From positions 2,668-66,667 of the forward strand of contig JBBSYE010000006.1 of NCBI GenBank assembly GCA_038045385.1: a stretch of 64,000 bases of DNA, written 5' to 3'. The stretch is from Nanobdellota archaeon (lineage in GTDB: Archaea; Nanobdellota; Nanobdellia; Pacearchaeales; GW2011-AR1). Shown here piece after piece: positions 1-8,889 of this stretch. How positions within the stretch are numbered: the stretch's first letter is position 1; the number at the start of each line of letters is the position of its first letter. The position numbers and the translations under genes were made by a program. The notes under the pieces are model-generated. The model worked only from the letters and a program-made list of their open reading frames with translations, had not been told where the DNA came from and made no database searches.

Positions 1-2
1 GC

Positions 3-218
3 CGTTCATGTGCTCAACAAAGCACAATCGCGGGAATAGCCACACTCGGAGGCTTGGCCGTGGGCGTTTGCCCAATTTGCGTCACAGGTATTTCAGCGCT
101 AATCCTCGGAGCTTTAGGTATAGGTTTTAGCTTCGCAACTCTTCCATTTCAAGGAATAGAAATTCAAGCATTGTTAATTTTGATTCTTGTATTAAATATT
201 AAGTTGTTAAGTAAATAA
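3..218 (+). CDS. 3' end of a membrane protein with a CxxC (CPIC) motif, truncated by the window start
   Basis: Manual translation RSCAQQSTIAGIATLGGLAVGVCPICVTGISALILG...LLSK*, TAA at 216-218; hydrophobic; not in the ORF track. Confidence 0.7.
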   Translation, partial: RSCAQQSTIAGIATLGGLAVGVCPICVTGISALILGALGIGFSFATLPFQGIEIQALLILILVLNIKLLSK

Positions 219-221
219 TTT

Positions 222-470
222 TTAGCCCAATAATTTTTTTATTTTCTCTATTCTTGCCCTATATTTTTCAAGTAATTTATCATCCTTACCAAGAAAACCA
301 AGTTTTATTTCCAGAGCCTTCAATAAACTTTTATCTATCTCTTTGATGTGATATCTTCCCCTATCAAGGTTCTCTTCAGAGATATCCTTCTCAATTTTAT
401 CAAAATGAGCTTCTATCTCTTTTTTTAGACTCTCAATTCCTTTCTCTAGTCGTTTAGTTCTATTAACCAT
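222..470 (-). CDS. small charged helical hypothetical protein coupled to the upstream nucleotidyltransferase
   Basis: 82-aa ORF overlapping 446..1195 by 25 nt on the same strand. Confidence 0.7.
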   Translation of the reverse strand: MVNRTKRLEKGIESLKKEIEAHFDKIEKDISEENLDRGRYHIKEIDKSLLKALEIKLGFLGKDDKLLEKYRARIEKIKKLLG

Positions 471-1195
471 TTTTCAGATAAGTCTACTATATTTTTCAAT
501 TCATTAGCAGAAATAATATTAACTTCTTTTTCATTTCTTTTAACTCTAAGATAAGCTGAATATATCTTATCATCAATAAAGCGCAAGAAATCTCTCTTGG
601 AATACTCCTTACCAGAAAGAATTGCTTTTATAATGTATAGCTCTCTTAATCGCAAAACAAGAGAATAAACAACTCCGTCTGGAACATTAATAGGCTGTAT
701 GTTGCATGTTTCTAAGGTTTCTTTATTTATTTTGAGAACTCTTTTAATTTCAGCAAGAAATTTTTTTACTTTTATCTTTGGTTTTCTTGCCTTATATTTT
801 TCTATTAAGTCTTTGTTTAATAGGACTTTTGCTTCATTAAGTGCACTCAAATAATTAAGATTGCCCTCAAGGTTTTTTGAAAAAGAGCTCTCTGAAACAA
901 GAATAATCTCATAATTTTCAAAATAAGCTAGCTTGTTTATATTATCAGTAATAATCAAGATATCTATATCACTCTCAAAGTCCTGCTCTCCGCGAGCATA
1001 ACTTCCAAAGAGGTAAACCCCTTTCACTTCTTCGTTTAAGTTATGTGAAAAAAGATAGCGTGCAATATCCTGAAGAATCTTTTCTTTTGATGGTTCAAAT
1101 AGAGTTACAACTACCTGCCTATTAAGCCAACTTCTCGGCAAAAGCACTCCTGCAGATGTCCCAACTTCTCGTGTTTTTTTTGTTATGCTTTCCAT
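446..1195 (-). CDS. DUF2080/AbrB-like N-terminus fused to a minimal nucleotidyltransferase (MNT) and a helical C-terminal domain
   Basis: N-terminal KTREVGTSAGVLLP; Pol-beta motif LFGSYARGEQDFESDIDILI. Confidence 0.8.
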   Translation of the reverse strand: MESITKKTREVGTSAGVLLPRSWLNRQVVVTLFEPSKEKILQDIARYLFSHNLNEEVKGVYLFGSYARGEQDFESDIDILIITDNINKLAYFENYEIILVSESSFSKNLEGNLNYLSALNEAKVLLNKDLIEKYKARKPKIKVKKFLAEIKRVLKINKETLETCNIQPINVPDGVVYSLVLRLRELYIIKAILSGKEYSKRDFLRFIDDKIYSAYLRVKRNEKEVNIISANELKNIVDLSEKWLIELND

Positions 1196-1206
1196 TTTAA
1201 CTTGGT

Positions 1207-1224
1207 ATTATAATATATTATAAT
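1207..1224. promoter_or_regulatory. perfect 18-bp palindrome just upstream of the MNT gene, candidate operator
   Basis: ATTATAATATATTATAAT is its own reverse complement; lies 12 nt from the minus-strand ATG at 1195. Confidence 0.4.
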
Positions 1225-1273
1225 GGGATATTTAAAGCCTTCTATTTGGGTTATAATCTTTTCCCCTAGAAAC

Positions 1274-1308
1274 ATTTAAATATCTCATATGTATCTAACA
1301 ATCATATG
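1274..1308 (+). promoter_or_regulatory. TATA box plus candidate ArsR/SmtB operator
   Basis: ATTTAAATA at 1274-1282, then CATATG(1286-1291)-N11-CATATG(1303-1308), the second overlapping the start codon. Confidence 0.45.
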
Positions 1309-1668
1309 ATAAACAAGTCCATATCCCATAGCTGTCACAAAGAAGGCTTTTCTCAAGACGAGTTATATGGGGCATACAAAATTTTCTTTGGAACTTTAGT
1401 TTCAGAATCAAGATTAAAAATAATCAATCTATTAAGAGAAGGCAGGAAAAATGTCTCACAGATTGTCGAAGAACTCAAATCAGACCAAACCTCTACAAGC
1501 CATGATTTAGCAAGATTGAAACAATGTGGCTTCGTCAATATGGAAATAGAAGGCAAATATCGCTATTACACTCTAAACACCAAAACAATCGCCCCATTGA
1601 TGAAGCTAATCGAAGAGCATATGGCAAAAAATTGCATTCACATCTTAAAGGGGATGAAAGGAGGATAA
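1306..1668 (+). CDS. ArsR/SmtB-family metalloregulator
   Basis: SESRLKIINLL...SQTSTSHDLARLKQCGFV..EIEGKYRYY winged HTH; heads the copper operon. Confidence 0.85.
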   Translation: MINKSISHSCHKEGFSQDELYGAYKIFFGTLVSESRLKIINLLREGRKNVSQIVEELKSDQTSTSHDLARLKQCGFVNMEIEGKYRYYTLNTKTIAPLMKLIEEHMAKNCIHILKGMKGG

Positions 1669-1926
1669 ATGGAAAATAAAAATATTTTAATAATTGTTCT
1701 TATAGCTATTTTAATTCTAGTAGGTATATCATCCTTCAGTGGCTTCGGCAGTCGAACAGGCGGATGCTTTTCAGGAATGATGTACGGCTCGGGATATGGC
1801 TCAGGGTTTGGAGGAATGTTTGTATTTGGGTGGTTATTTATGACTTTAGTGCTAGTTTGTTTAGTACTCGGAATAATCTGGCTTTTCAAGCAGGTAAATC
1901 CACAAGTACAGAGGAGACGAAGATAA
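1669..1926 (+). CDS. small two-TM membrane protein with a Gly/Met-rich linker
   Basis: Two hydrophobic segments flanking GCFSGMMYGSGYGSGFGGM; GGAGG RBS; abuts arsR. Confidence 0.75.
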   Translation: MENKNILIIVLIAILILVGISSFSGFGSRTGGCFSGMMYGSGYGSGFGGMFVFGWLFMTLVLVCLVLGIIWLFKQVNPQVQRRRR

Positions 1927-2096
1927 TGGTAAGACAAGATGCAAATCATAAGTGCTATTACTGCGAAGAATGTGAAATTGTTTACATAGACAAAAAGAAG
2001 GCTTGCGAGTGTGAAGAAGGGTGTAATGCAAACAAAAGTTGTAAAATTGAGATAACTAAAAATGCTATCAACAAAAATGATATACGAACCATATAA
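1926..2096 (+). CDS. 56-aa Cys-rich mini-protein
   Basis: MVRQDANHKCYYCEECEIVYIDKKKACECEEGCNANKSCKIEITK...; ATG overlaps the upstream TAA (TAATG); it is the 3' part of track ORF 1764..2096. Confidence 0.7.
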   Translation: MVRQDANHKCYYCEECEIVYIDKKKACECEEGCNANKSCKIEITKNAINKNDIRTI

Positions 2097-2733
2097 CAAA
2101 ATTTACAGAGTGTCAAAAACACAGGCAATTGTTATAGTATTAGCTCTAATATTTATCAGCTCTATAATCGGGGCAGTTAGTAGCAATTTTATTGATAGAT
2201 TAAACCCAGAAAAATCACAAGAACAGCTTATCGCAGAGTTTTATGCTATTGAAACAGCAGTCTATGTTAGCCCACATGGATTGAGGAAAGAAATTGCTGC
2301 AGGCACAAACAAATATATTATTGTTGATTTGCGTAGCCAAGAGGAATATGAAAAGGAGCATATTATCGGGGCAGTGAATATTCCGGCCTACAAAGACAAG
2401 GACACTTCCGACTATGGATCTGTTGAGCGCATCACAGAAGCATTCAAAAAAATTCAGACAGAAAATCCCGAAAAGGAGATATTAGTATATTGTTACAGTG
2501 CGCCATGTATGACTGGTCGCAAAGTAGGAACAATGCTTGCTAAAGAAGGAATATATGTCAAGCACCTTGGAGTTGGCTGGAACGAATGGCGTTATTACTG
2601 GGATTTGTGGAATCACGAACACGAGTGGAGCATAACTGATGTTGAAGATTACATATTCAAAGGGCCAGGGCCAGGAATTTTCAATGGTTTAAACAACACG
2701 GCTTGTCCAATTGGAGGGGGGCTGGGATGTTAA
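2062..2733 (+). CDS. membrane-anchored rhodanese-like domain protein
   Basis: N-terminal TM; IIVDLRSQEEYEKEHIIGAVNIP; LVYCYSAPC active-site loop; C-terminal CPIGGGLGC. Confidence 0.85.
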   Translation: MLSTKMIYEPYNKIYRVSKTQAIVIVLALIFISSIIGAVSSNFIDRLNPEKSQEQLIAEFYAIETAVYVSPHGLRKEIAAGTNKYIIVDLRSQEEYEKEHIIGAVNIPAYKDKDTSDYGSVERITEAFKKIQTENPEKEILVYCYSAPCMTGRKVGTMLAKEGIYVKHLGVGWNEWRYYWDLWNHEHEWSITDVEDYIFKGPGPGIFNGLNNTACPIGGGLGC

Positions 2734-2734
2734 A

Positions 2735-2947
2735 ATGAAAAAACTAAAGCTCTCAATTTCAGGAATGCACTGTTCAAGTTGCGCAAGTAATGTAGAGAGA
2801 AGCATAAAATCGCTTAAAGGAATTAAAAGCGTTTCAGTAAGTGCAATAACAGGAAAATGTTTCGTTGAATGTGAAGACGCAACAAATAAAGAAGATTTAG
2901 AAAAAGCAGTAGCAAAAACAGGCTATAAGGTTGTGAAAGTAGAATGA
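2735..2947 (+). CDS. copZ: heavy-metal-associated (HMA) copper chaperone
   Basis: GMHCSSC motif; start reassigned to ATG 2735 (MKKLKL). Confidence 0.85.
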   Translation: MKKLKLSISGMHCSSCASNVERSIKSLKGIKSVSVSAITGKCFVECEDATNKEDLEKAVAKTGYKVVKVE

Positions 2948-2984
2948 TTGAAAAGTTAAGAAAAAATTATGGAGAGAATATAAG

Positions 2985-4949
2985 ATGAACCACGATGAAC
3001 ACAAACACCACGCAAAAGCCCAAGAGTCAAGCCTAGAAGAAATAGAATTAAAATCTTGGAGTAGAAAAATGGTCGGCTCTTGGATGTTCGGAATACCTCT
3101 GTTGTTAATGATGGCCTATACAAGAATTTTAGGCAGAACAATTTTTACAGAAAATATAGACATAGCTTTATTTCTAATTTTAGGATTTCCAATAGTTTTC
3201 ATCTTTGGTTTTGAAACAATAAAAGGCGGGCTTCGTGGCTTTTATACTTTTTATTTCACCATGGACTCTTTAATAGCATTAGGAACAGTCGTAGCTTATC
3301 TTAGCGGATTTTTTAGTTATTTCGGCATCGTAGCAGATTATTCTGGAGTTGCAGGCGCAATCATGGCAATATTCATTACAGGAAAATATATAGAAACAAA
3401 AGCAAAAGGCAGAGCAACACAAGAGATTCGCAAACTTCTAGAATTAAGTGCAAAAAAAGCACGCATTATGAAAGGCAAGCAAGAAATTGAAGTAGACATA
3501 AGCGAAGTAAAAGTTGGAGACATAATAATAGTAAAGCCAGGAGAAAAAATTCCCACCGATGGAATGATAGTGAAAGGTGCAAGTTCAGTAGACGAAAGTA
3601 TGGTAACAGGCGAAAGCTTACCAGTGGACAAAAAGCCAAAAGATTTGGTAATCGGAGCAACAATAAACCAAGATGGAATATTATATATCAAAGCAACTAA
3701 AGTCGGAAGCGATACATTTTTAGCCCATATAATTCAACTTGTCGAAGAAACTCAAAGTACAAAAGTGCCTATACAAAGACTTGCAGATAAAATAACGAGC
3801 ATATTCGTCCCCGTAATTCTCGTACTCTCTCTTATAGTATTTGCAAATTGGTGGATATTTACAGGAGAATTAAGCAGAGCATTAGGCGTTGCGATTTCAA
3901 TTCTAGTTATCGCTTGTCCATGTTCATTAGGACTCGCAGTTCCAATATCTCTAATGGTAGGTAGCGGTATGGGTGCTAAAAAAGGAATACTTATTCGTAA
4001 AGGCGAAGCAATTCAAACAATGAAGCAGGTAAAAATAATAGTCTTTGACAAAACAGGCACAATAACAAAAGGCAAACCTGAAGTTCGCGAGATTTATAGC
4101 AAAGTAAAACAAGAATATCTCCTTGAAGTTTCTGCAAGTTTGGAAAAATTATCAGAGCACCCACTATCAAAAGCAATAGTCCTCAAGGCTGGTTTGAAAA
4201 AATATAAACCAGTCACTAACTTTAAAATTTTAAGAGGTCGCGGTGTAGAAGGTAAAATTAACTCAAAGAATTTCATAATAGGCAATTCAAGGTTGATGGA
4301 AGAAAAGAAAATAAATATTAAGTCACTTATAGAAAAAATAGAAGAATTTGAAAGTAAAGGATATACAACAATAATCGTCTCTGAAGATGGAAAAGCCATC
4401 GGAATAATGGGCATAGCAGATTCTACCAAAGAAGATTCTGTTCAAGCCATATCCGAATTAAATCTTCAAGGATATAGAACTGTAATGTTAACAGGGGATA
4501 ATGAACGCACGGCGAAAGCCATAGCTAAACAAGTAGGCATTAGAGAAGTAATTGCGAATGTTCTTCCAGAGGAAAAAGCACAGAAAATAGTAGAGCTACA
4601 AAAATCCGGCTTTGTATCTTTTGTAGGCGATGGTATCAATGACGCTCCCGCCTTAAAACAATCTAACGTCGGAATTGCAATGGGCACAGGCACAGATATA
4701 GCAATAGAAGCAGGAGACATTGTTCTTGTAAAAGGTAGCCTTATTGGAGTTGTCCAAGCCATAAACCTCTCAAAAGCAACATTTAAGAAGATAAAACAAA
4801 ATCTATTCTGGGCATTTGCCTACAATGTTGTTGCGATACCTCTCGCAGTCGCTGGCGTTTTACACCCAATTATCGCCGAACTCGCGATGGCTTTATCTTC
4901 AATAACTGTTGTAACAAACGCAAACCTATTAAGGAAAAATAAAATATGA
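2985..4949 (+). CDS. copA: P1B-1 type Cu(I)-transporting ATPase
   Basis: TGES, CPC, DKTGT, HP, TGDN and [10 protein letters not shown] motifs; YN and MALSS in the late TMs; His-rich N-terminus. Confidence 0.93.
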   Translation: MNHDEHKHHAKAQESSLEEIELKSWSRKMVGSWMFGIPLLLMMAYTRILGRTIFTENIDIALFLILGFPIVFIFGFETIKGGLRGFYTFYFTMDSLIALGTVVAYLSGFFSYFGIVADYSGVAGAIMAIFITGKYIETKAKGRATQEIRKLLELSAKKARIMKGKQEIEVDISEVKVGDIIIVKPGEKIPTDGMIVKGASSVDESMVTGESLPVDKKPKDLVIGATINQDGILYIKATKVGSDTFLAHIIQLVEETQSTKVPIQRLADKITSIFVPVILVLSLIVFANWWIFTGELSRALGVAISILVIACPCSLGLAVPISLMVGSGMGAKKGILIRKGEAIQTMKQVKIIVFDKTGTITKGKPEVREIYSKVKQEYLLEVSASLEKLSEHPLSKAIVLKAGLKKYKPVTNFKILRGRGVEGKINSKNFIIGNSRLMEEKKINIKSLIEKIEEFESKGYTTIIVSEDGKAIGIMGIADSTKEDSVQAISELNLQGYRTVMLTGDNERTAKAIAKQVGIREVIANVLPEEKAQKIVELQKSGFVSFVGDGINDAPALKQSNVGIAMGTGTDIAIEAGDIVLVKGSLIGVVQAINLSKATFKKIKQNLFWAFAYNVVAIPLAVAGVLHPIIAELAMALSSITVVTNANLLRKNKI

Positions 4950-5626
4950 GCTTCAAAGAATTCATCAGAGAACTAGACGGAGAACGCATTGAGGGGGAAC
5001 TAGTAAGAACATTTCTTTATTCAATAATTCTTTCCGCAATCACATTCGGCATAATCTATTTTCTCTTTTTAAGTCAATATATAGATTTGCAAAAATCAGG
5101 ACTTTATGTAATCTTAACATTACTTAGCATCGCCTTTATAGTTCCTGTTGCAAAACAAGTTCGCACATACAACGCCTTAACTTGTATGGGTGGAATGATG
5201 GTCGGCATGACTATCGGAATGATTTCCGGCTTTCTCATCGGATTCTATATAGGTGCAACAAACGGGATGTTTATCGGCTCTTTGGCAGGGATGATTACAG
5301 GAATATTCCTCGGAACATGGCTCGGCTCCTGTTGTGGAATTATGGGGTTTCTAGAAGGAATTATGGCTGGATTTATGGGCGGTTTAATGGGCGCAATGTC
5401 AGCAGTAATGATGATAAATGATTATCTTGAAGTGGCTTCAATAATAGTATTCATAGTCAGCGCGATAATACTCATAGGATTAAAGTATATGATATATATT
5501 GAAACAAAACCTCTAAAAAGAGATAGAAAACTTTCAAGTTGGCTAACAATTCTTCTCTCAATAGCTTTCACTATATTTATCTCATTAGTTATTGCCTTCG
5601 CGCCAAAAAGCCTTTTAGTGCAGTAG
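4946..5626 (+). CDS. Met/Gly-rich polytopic membrane protein of the copper operon
   Basis: [13 protein letters not shown] and [15 protein letters not shown] segments; ATGA overlap with copA. Confidence 0.75.
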   Translation: MSFKEFIRELDGERIEGELVRTFLYSIILSAITFGIIYFLFLSQYIDLQKSGLYVILTLLSIAFIVPVAKQVRTYNALTCMGGMMVGMTIGMISGFLIGFYIGATNGMFIGSLAGMITGIFLGTWLGSCCGIMGFLEGIMAGFMGGLMGAMSAVMMINDYLEVASIIVFIVSAIILIGLKYMIYIETKPLKRDRKLSSWLTILLSIAFTIFISLVIAFAPKSLLVQ

Positions 5627-5657
5627 ATTTTTAAGTCCAATTTTCCGAGTTTAGCAA

Positions 5658-5728
5658 GGGCCCATGGTTTAATGGTAAAATACATGGCTGGCAGTCATGG
5701 GATCGGAGTTCGATTCTCCGTGGGTCCA
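5658..5728 (+). tRNA. tRNA-Ala(GGC)
   Basis: Acceptor GGGCCCA/TGGGTCC with G3:U70; anticodon arm CATGG-CTGGCAG-TCATG; T-loop TTCGATT; no encoded CCA. Confidence 0.93.
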
Positions 5729-5730
5729 CT
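5709..5730 (+). repeat. 22-bp direct repeat, copy 1 (tRNA-Ala 3' end)
   Basis: TTCGATTCTCCGTGGGTCCACT, identical to 6381-6402. Confidence 0.95.
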
Positions 5731-5911
5731 ATTGTCCACACATAAAAAGATGATTATTGCCAAAATCAGTACCAACTTCCTTCTTAATGTTTAAGCCTAT
5801 GAATATATTTTATGGTTTAAACCGAAATGCATCCACACAACCCCATAATTATGTTATTACTTTATAGTTAAAGATAGAAAGATTTAAATAGCTATAATTA
5901 ATAAAAAAGAT

Positions 5912-6274
5912 ATGACCCGACTAGCTAATTTAGAGGCATATTCTACATTTCAAAGAGGGCTCGATATAATCAGGAGGCAGTTCCCTACATTAAACTTTAT
6001 ACCTGATGAATCTACTAATCTTATTGATGCAACAAGCGGGATGCATAACGTACTCTATCGAGGTATAAATGAGGCCAAAAGAGTATACGAAATGATCGTG
6101 GCTTACTCATTGTGTGAAGGAAAACCACTTATTCACATTCGTGTTTATGAAAATGACCATAGGGATATAGTTCGCAGAATATTAGAAGAAGACTTGAGGA
6201 TAAAACCCTCTATTGGAGACCAGAGGCCCGCCTTTGATAAGATCGACATTGATGCACCTCTCAATGTATCATAA
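5912..6274 (+). CDS. hypothetical protein (islet cargo)
   Basis: 120-aa ORF with its own GAAAGATTTAAATA promoter-like sequence. Confidence 0.7.
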   Translation: MTRLANLEAYSTFQRGLDIIRRQFPTLNFIPDESTNLIDATSGMHNVLYRGINEAKRVYEMIVAYSLCEGKPLIHIRVYENDHRDIVRRILEEDLRIKPSIGDQRPAFDKIDIDAPLNVS

Positions 6275-6380
6275 CTAAATCGTTACAGAAATTAACCTCT
6301 TTGATTTGTTCGTTTAATCAAGTGCTAGAGTTTTGATTTCCTTTATTTTATAGAACGAAAAAGGTAGCGGAACTTTACTC

Positions 6381-6402
6381 TTCGATTCTCCGTGGGTCCA
6401 CT
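6381..6402 (+). repeat. 22-bp direct repeat, copy 2 (tRNA-Ala 3'-end fragment)
   Basis: Identical to 5709-5730; flanking bases differ on both sides. Confidence 0.95.
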
Positions 6403-6434
6403 CAATTTATAAAATCACATTCCTATAAAAAGCC

Positions 6435-7367
6435 ATGAAAATATTCAGCACACTCCTATTTATCTTACTATTATCTACCATAGTTTACGGCGCATATTTC
6501 CTTTATGGAGAGCTAGATAGAAAGAACTACAATATAACCCCAATAACTAACACTCAAGATGAAATTCCTTCAATTCCTCAACAAAATAGCCAAAGCAAGC
6601 AATTCTATAATAACATGAGATTTACAGACAAACAAATATCATACTATTTTGACGAACGTTGCTCTGAAGAAAAGATAAATCAACTTGAAAAGGCATTTAG
6701 TATATTCGAAGATGAAACAATTCTAGAATTATCTCAAAATTCAGACGGAGAAATTTATATTGCTTGCTCTGAAATAGCTCCAGATCCTCAAACAGAAGGG
6801 CATTTCGTCGCAGGAGAAGGGGGCCCAACAAAAGTCATAAACGGAACAAAATATGCCATAATTCTTGAGGGCAAAATCTCTCTATTTGAAGACGAAGAAT
6901 GTAGCAGACCGAATATTGCAGTTCATGAGCTATTTCATGTATTTGGCTTTGACCATAATAATGACCGCAAAAGCATCCTCTACCCTACTCTAGATTGTAG
7001 CCAAATTTACAACCAATATCTCTTTGACAGAATAAATGAGCTTTACACCACGCCAAGTCTACCAGATTTAAGACCTCAAAATATTGAATTAGAAAAAACT
7101 GGCCGTTATCTAAAATTTTCAATCGAAGTCTCAAACGACGGCCTTAAAGAAGCAAATCAAGTGGATTTAGATTTGTTTATTGATAACGAGAAGACGAACA
7201 CCTTTGAGCTTGGGGATATAGACATAGGAGTAAAGAAAATCTTTAGCGTAGAAAACTTACGTGTTCCAAGAGGCGCAAAAAAAGTCGAATTTAAAGTTGA
7301 CTCCTCAAGTAAGATACCCGAAATATCTGATCTAAATAATAACGCAGAATTTAATATAGAAGACTAA
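6435..7367 (+). CDS. membrane-anchored metzincin (matrixin-like) metalloprotease with a C-terminal CARDB domain
   Basis: HELFHVFGFDH zinc motif; C-terminal LPDL...V.N.G...VDS...I.E....NN pattern. Confidence 0.85.
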   Translation: MKIFSTLLFILLLSTIVYGAYFLYGELDRKNYNITPITNTQDEIPSIPQQNSQSKQFYNNMRFTDKQISYYFDERCSEEKINQLEKAFSIFEDETILELSQNSDGEIYIACSEIAPDPQTEGHFVAGEGGPTKVINGTKYAIILEGKISLFEDEECSRPNIAVHELFHVFGFDHNNDRKSILYPTLDCSQIYNQYLFDRINELYTTPSLPDLRPQNIELEKTGRYLKFSIEVSNDGLKEANQVDLDLFIDNEKTNTFELGDIDIGVKKIFSVENLRVPRGAKKVEFKVDSSSKIPEISDLNNNAEFNIED

Positions 7368-7474
7368 AATCCGTCTTCTTCTATCTCTTCTTCAGCATCT
7401 TCCTCTTCCCAGTCGTCATCAGAGTCTTCTTCTATCTCTTCTTCTTTATCTTTTTCGTCTAAATGTTTTTTCAT
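7364..7474 (-). CDS. 36-aa highly acidic mini-protein
   Basis: MKKHLDEKDKEEEIEEDSDDDWEEEDAEEEIEEDGF*; GGTG RBS upstream; below the ORF-track cutoff. Confidence 0.6.
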   Translation of the reverse strand: MKKHLDEKDKEEEIEEDSDDDWEEEDAEEEIEEDGF

Positions 7475-7487
7475 AGTAACACCGAAT

Positions 7488-8561
7488 TTAATTATTCCCA
7501 GAGAGATTATCCTTTTTTAAACCTTTCCCATGCTTTTTCTTTGCTCTTTTCCTCTTATCCAACGCCCTAGATACAACTATCAAAATCACTAGTAGAAGCA
7601 AAGCGCTAACTCCAAGAACAATCGGAATTACATAGAAAAGGTCAACTTGCTTATCATCAGTTGCCGTTCTTTCCTCAATTGAAAATACTCTACAATCTTT
7701 ATCGCTAGTAAAATCCAAGTTATCTAGCTGATCGTTGTAATTCCATACGCCATTCTGAGCGTCATAAACTATTCTATAATTCTCCGCTCTTCCTCTTGCT
7801 GAAAGGGAAGTTATGTGATCAATATCTTCTTGACTTATGTTAAAAACCCCATTTAATCTCCAATAATCAAGCTCATCTCTCATTATTGTTTGCCAGCTTT
7901 CTTTAGGGCTAAAAGTTGGAGTCATCTCATAAACAATCGGCTTATCAAGAACTTGAGCCCTATAAGACACCAAAAAACTAGAAAAGTCATTACTAATATT
8001 AGCAAATTTCAATATCTGATCAAAATCTTTCTGCATAGCATTGTCAACGCAAAGTTGCTCCGAAGTAACTGAAAAGCATTTACCTGAACATTCTTCCGAG
8101 CAAGCGTCCAGATTATCATCAATCTCAATAGTTGCCTCTCCTCCGTTAAAAAGACTTTCAAGATGCAATTTGCCCTTTGAAAAATCACATCCTAGGGAAG
8201 AACATTCAATTTTCCAGCCAATAAACTCTTTTATTAGTGGCCTTTTTAGCTTTCCAACGCTAGTTGACGTTATTCTAAATCCATTATCTTCAATTGCAAC
8301 AGCATCAGTAGGTAATTGCAACCTCAAAGATAGCCCTTGATTAGTCTCCTTAAATAAGGCTATAATTTTATCATTTGCTTTCGCTTGAGAATAATAATAA
8401 TTAAAATTTCTATCGGTCAAGCTCTCAATCTTAGCAAGATTATAATCAGGAATAACCACTTCAACAGCAAATTCATCGCTAGAAGTCAAGCATTGAGAGT
8501 TAGCATTTGATATAAATAGAGAAGCCAAGAATAGTGCTGTAAAACTCATATTATTTTCCAA
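7488..8561 (-). CDS. secreted protein with a C-terminal TM anchor
   Basis: Signal peptide, Cys pairs, C-terminal hydrophobic helix plus basic tail. Confidence 0.75.
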   Translation of the reverse strand: MENNMSFTALFLASLFISNANSQCLTSSDEFAVEVVIPDYNLAKIESLTDRNFNYYYSQAKANDKIIALFKETNQGLSLRLQLPTDAVAIEDNGFRITSTSVGKLKRPLIKEFIGWKIECSSLGCDFSKGKLHLESLFNGGEATIEIDDNLDACSEECSGKCFSVTSEQLCVDNAMQKDFDQILKFANISNDFSSFLVSYRAQVLDKPIVYEMTPTFSPKESWQTIMRDELDYWRLNGVFNISQEDIDHITSLSARGRAENYRIVYDAQNGVWNYNDQLDNLDFTSDKDCRVFSIEERTATDDKQVDLFYVIPIVLGVSALLLLVILIVVSRALDKRKRAKKKHGKGLKKDNLSGNN

Positions 8562-8607
8562 TCTTAAAGGTATTTAAGTTTTGCGGGGATTTTCAGGAAA
8601 GGTTTTC

Positions 8608-8847
8608 TCAAACTAAGCGAGTTTTTATTGTAACTTCTAACCTAGCACGATAATCCATACCAGATTCATGTTGACCTTTAGGAGGAACAAGAACTCCTGC
8701 TTTAATAGTAGCGTCAAGTCTAGCATCATAATCTACTCCCGATTCACCAGGATATTTGGGGTGAATATCTAATCTGCATTTCTCTACGGCTCTCAATCTA
8801 GCATCATAATCCACGCCAGATTCTCCCGAAGCTCTTTGTAGTGACAT
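8608..8847 (-). CDS. 79-aa protein with three ESGxDYxARL repeats
   Basis: 26-aa (78-nt) period; repeats differ mostly at synonymous sites. Confidence 0.75.
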   Translation of the reverse strand: MSLQRASGESGVDYDARLRAVEKCRLDIHPKYPGESGVDYDARLDATIKAGVLVPPKGQHESGMDYRARLEVTIKTRLV

Positions 8848-8889
8848 TTTATCTATCCGTAATTTATCAAGGATTTATAAATCTCTCTT

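Larger units (their letters stand above)
5709..6402. mobile_element. single-gene islet bounded by attL/attR-like tRNA-Ala 3'-end repeats; no integrase
   Basis: Exact 22-bp repeats 672 bp apart enclosing one ORF. Confidence 0.65.

Noticed and set aside
1764-1925. 5' extension of track ORF 1764..2096
   Set aside because: Overlaps the better-supported 1669..1926 gene; the TAATG-coupled ATG at 1926 gives a coherent Cys-rich protein
3338-4762. Antisense ORFs inside copA, and similar shadow ORFs inside gyrA, the antiporter, serS, the kinase, 18107..18787 and others
   Set aside because: Fully overlap well-supported genes on the other strand or frame and show no motifs
5731-5911. Possible integrase remnant inside the tRNA-Ala islet
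   Set aside because: Only very short open frames; no R..H..R..Y or serine-recombinase motifs visible
6901-6940. TCGGT-CT-GCT-A on the minus strand, which could complement the orphan tRNA-Ser 3' half
   Set aside because: Lies inside the metalloprotease coding sequence, lacks the GCCCGGA acceptor strand and a D-arm, and CTGC cannot pair with CAAG
8641-8812. Regularly spaced DNA repeats as a possible CRISPR array
   Set aside because: 78-nt in-frame period with synonymous variation indicates a protein repeat; no cas genes and no unique spacers
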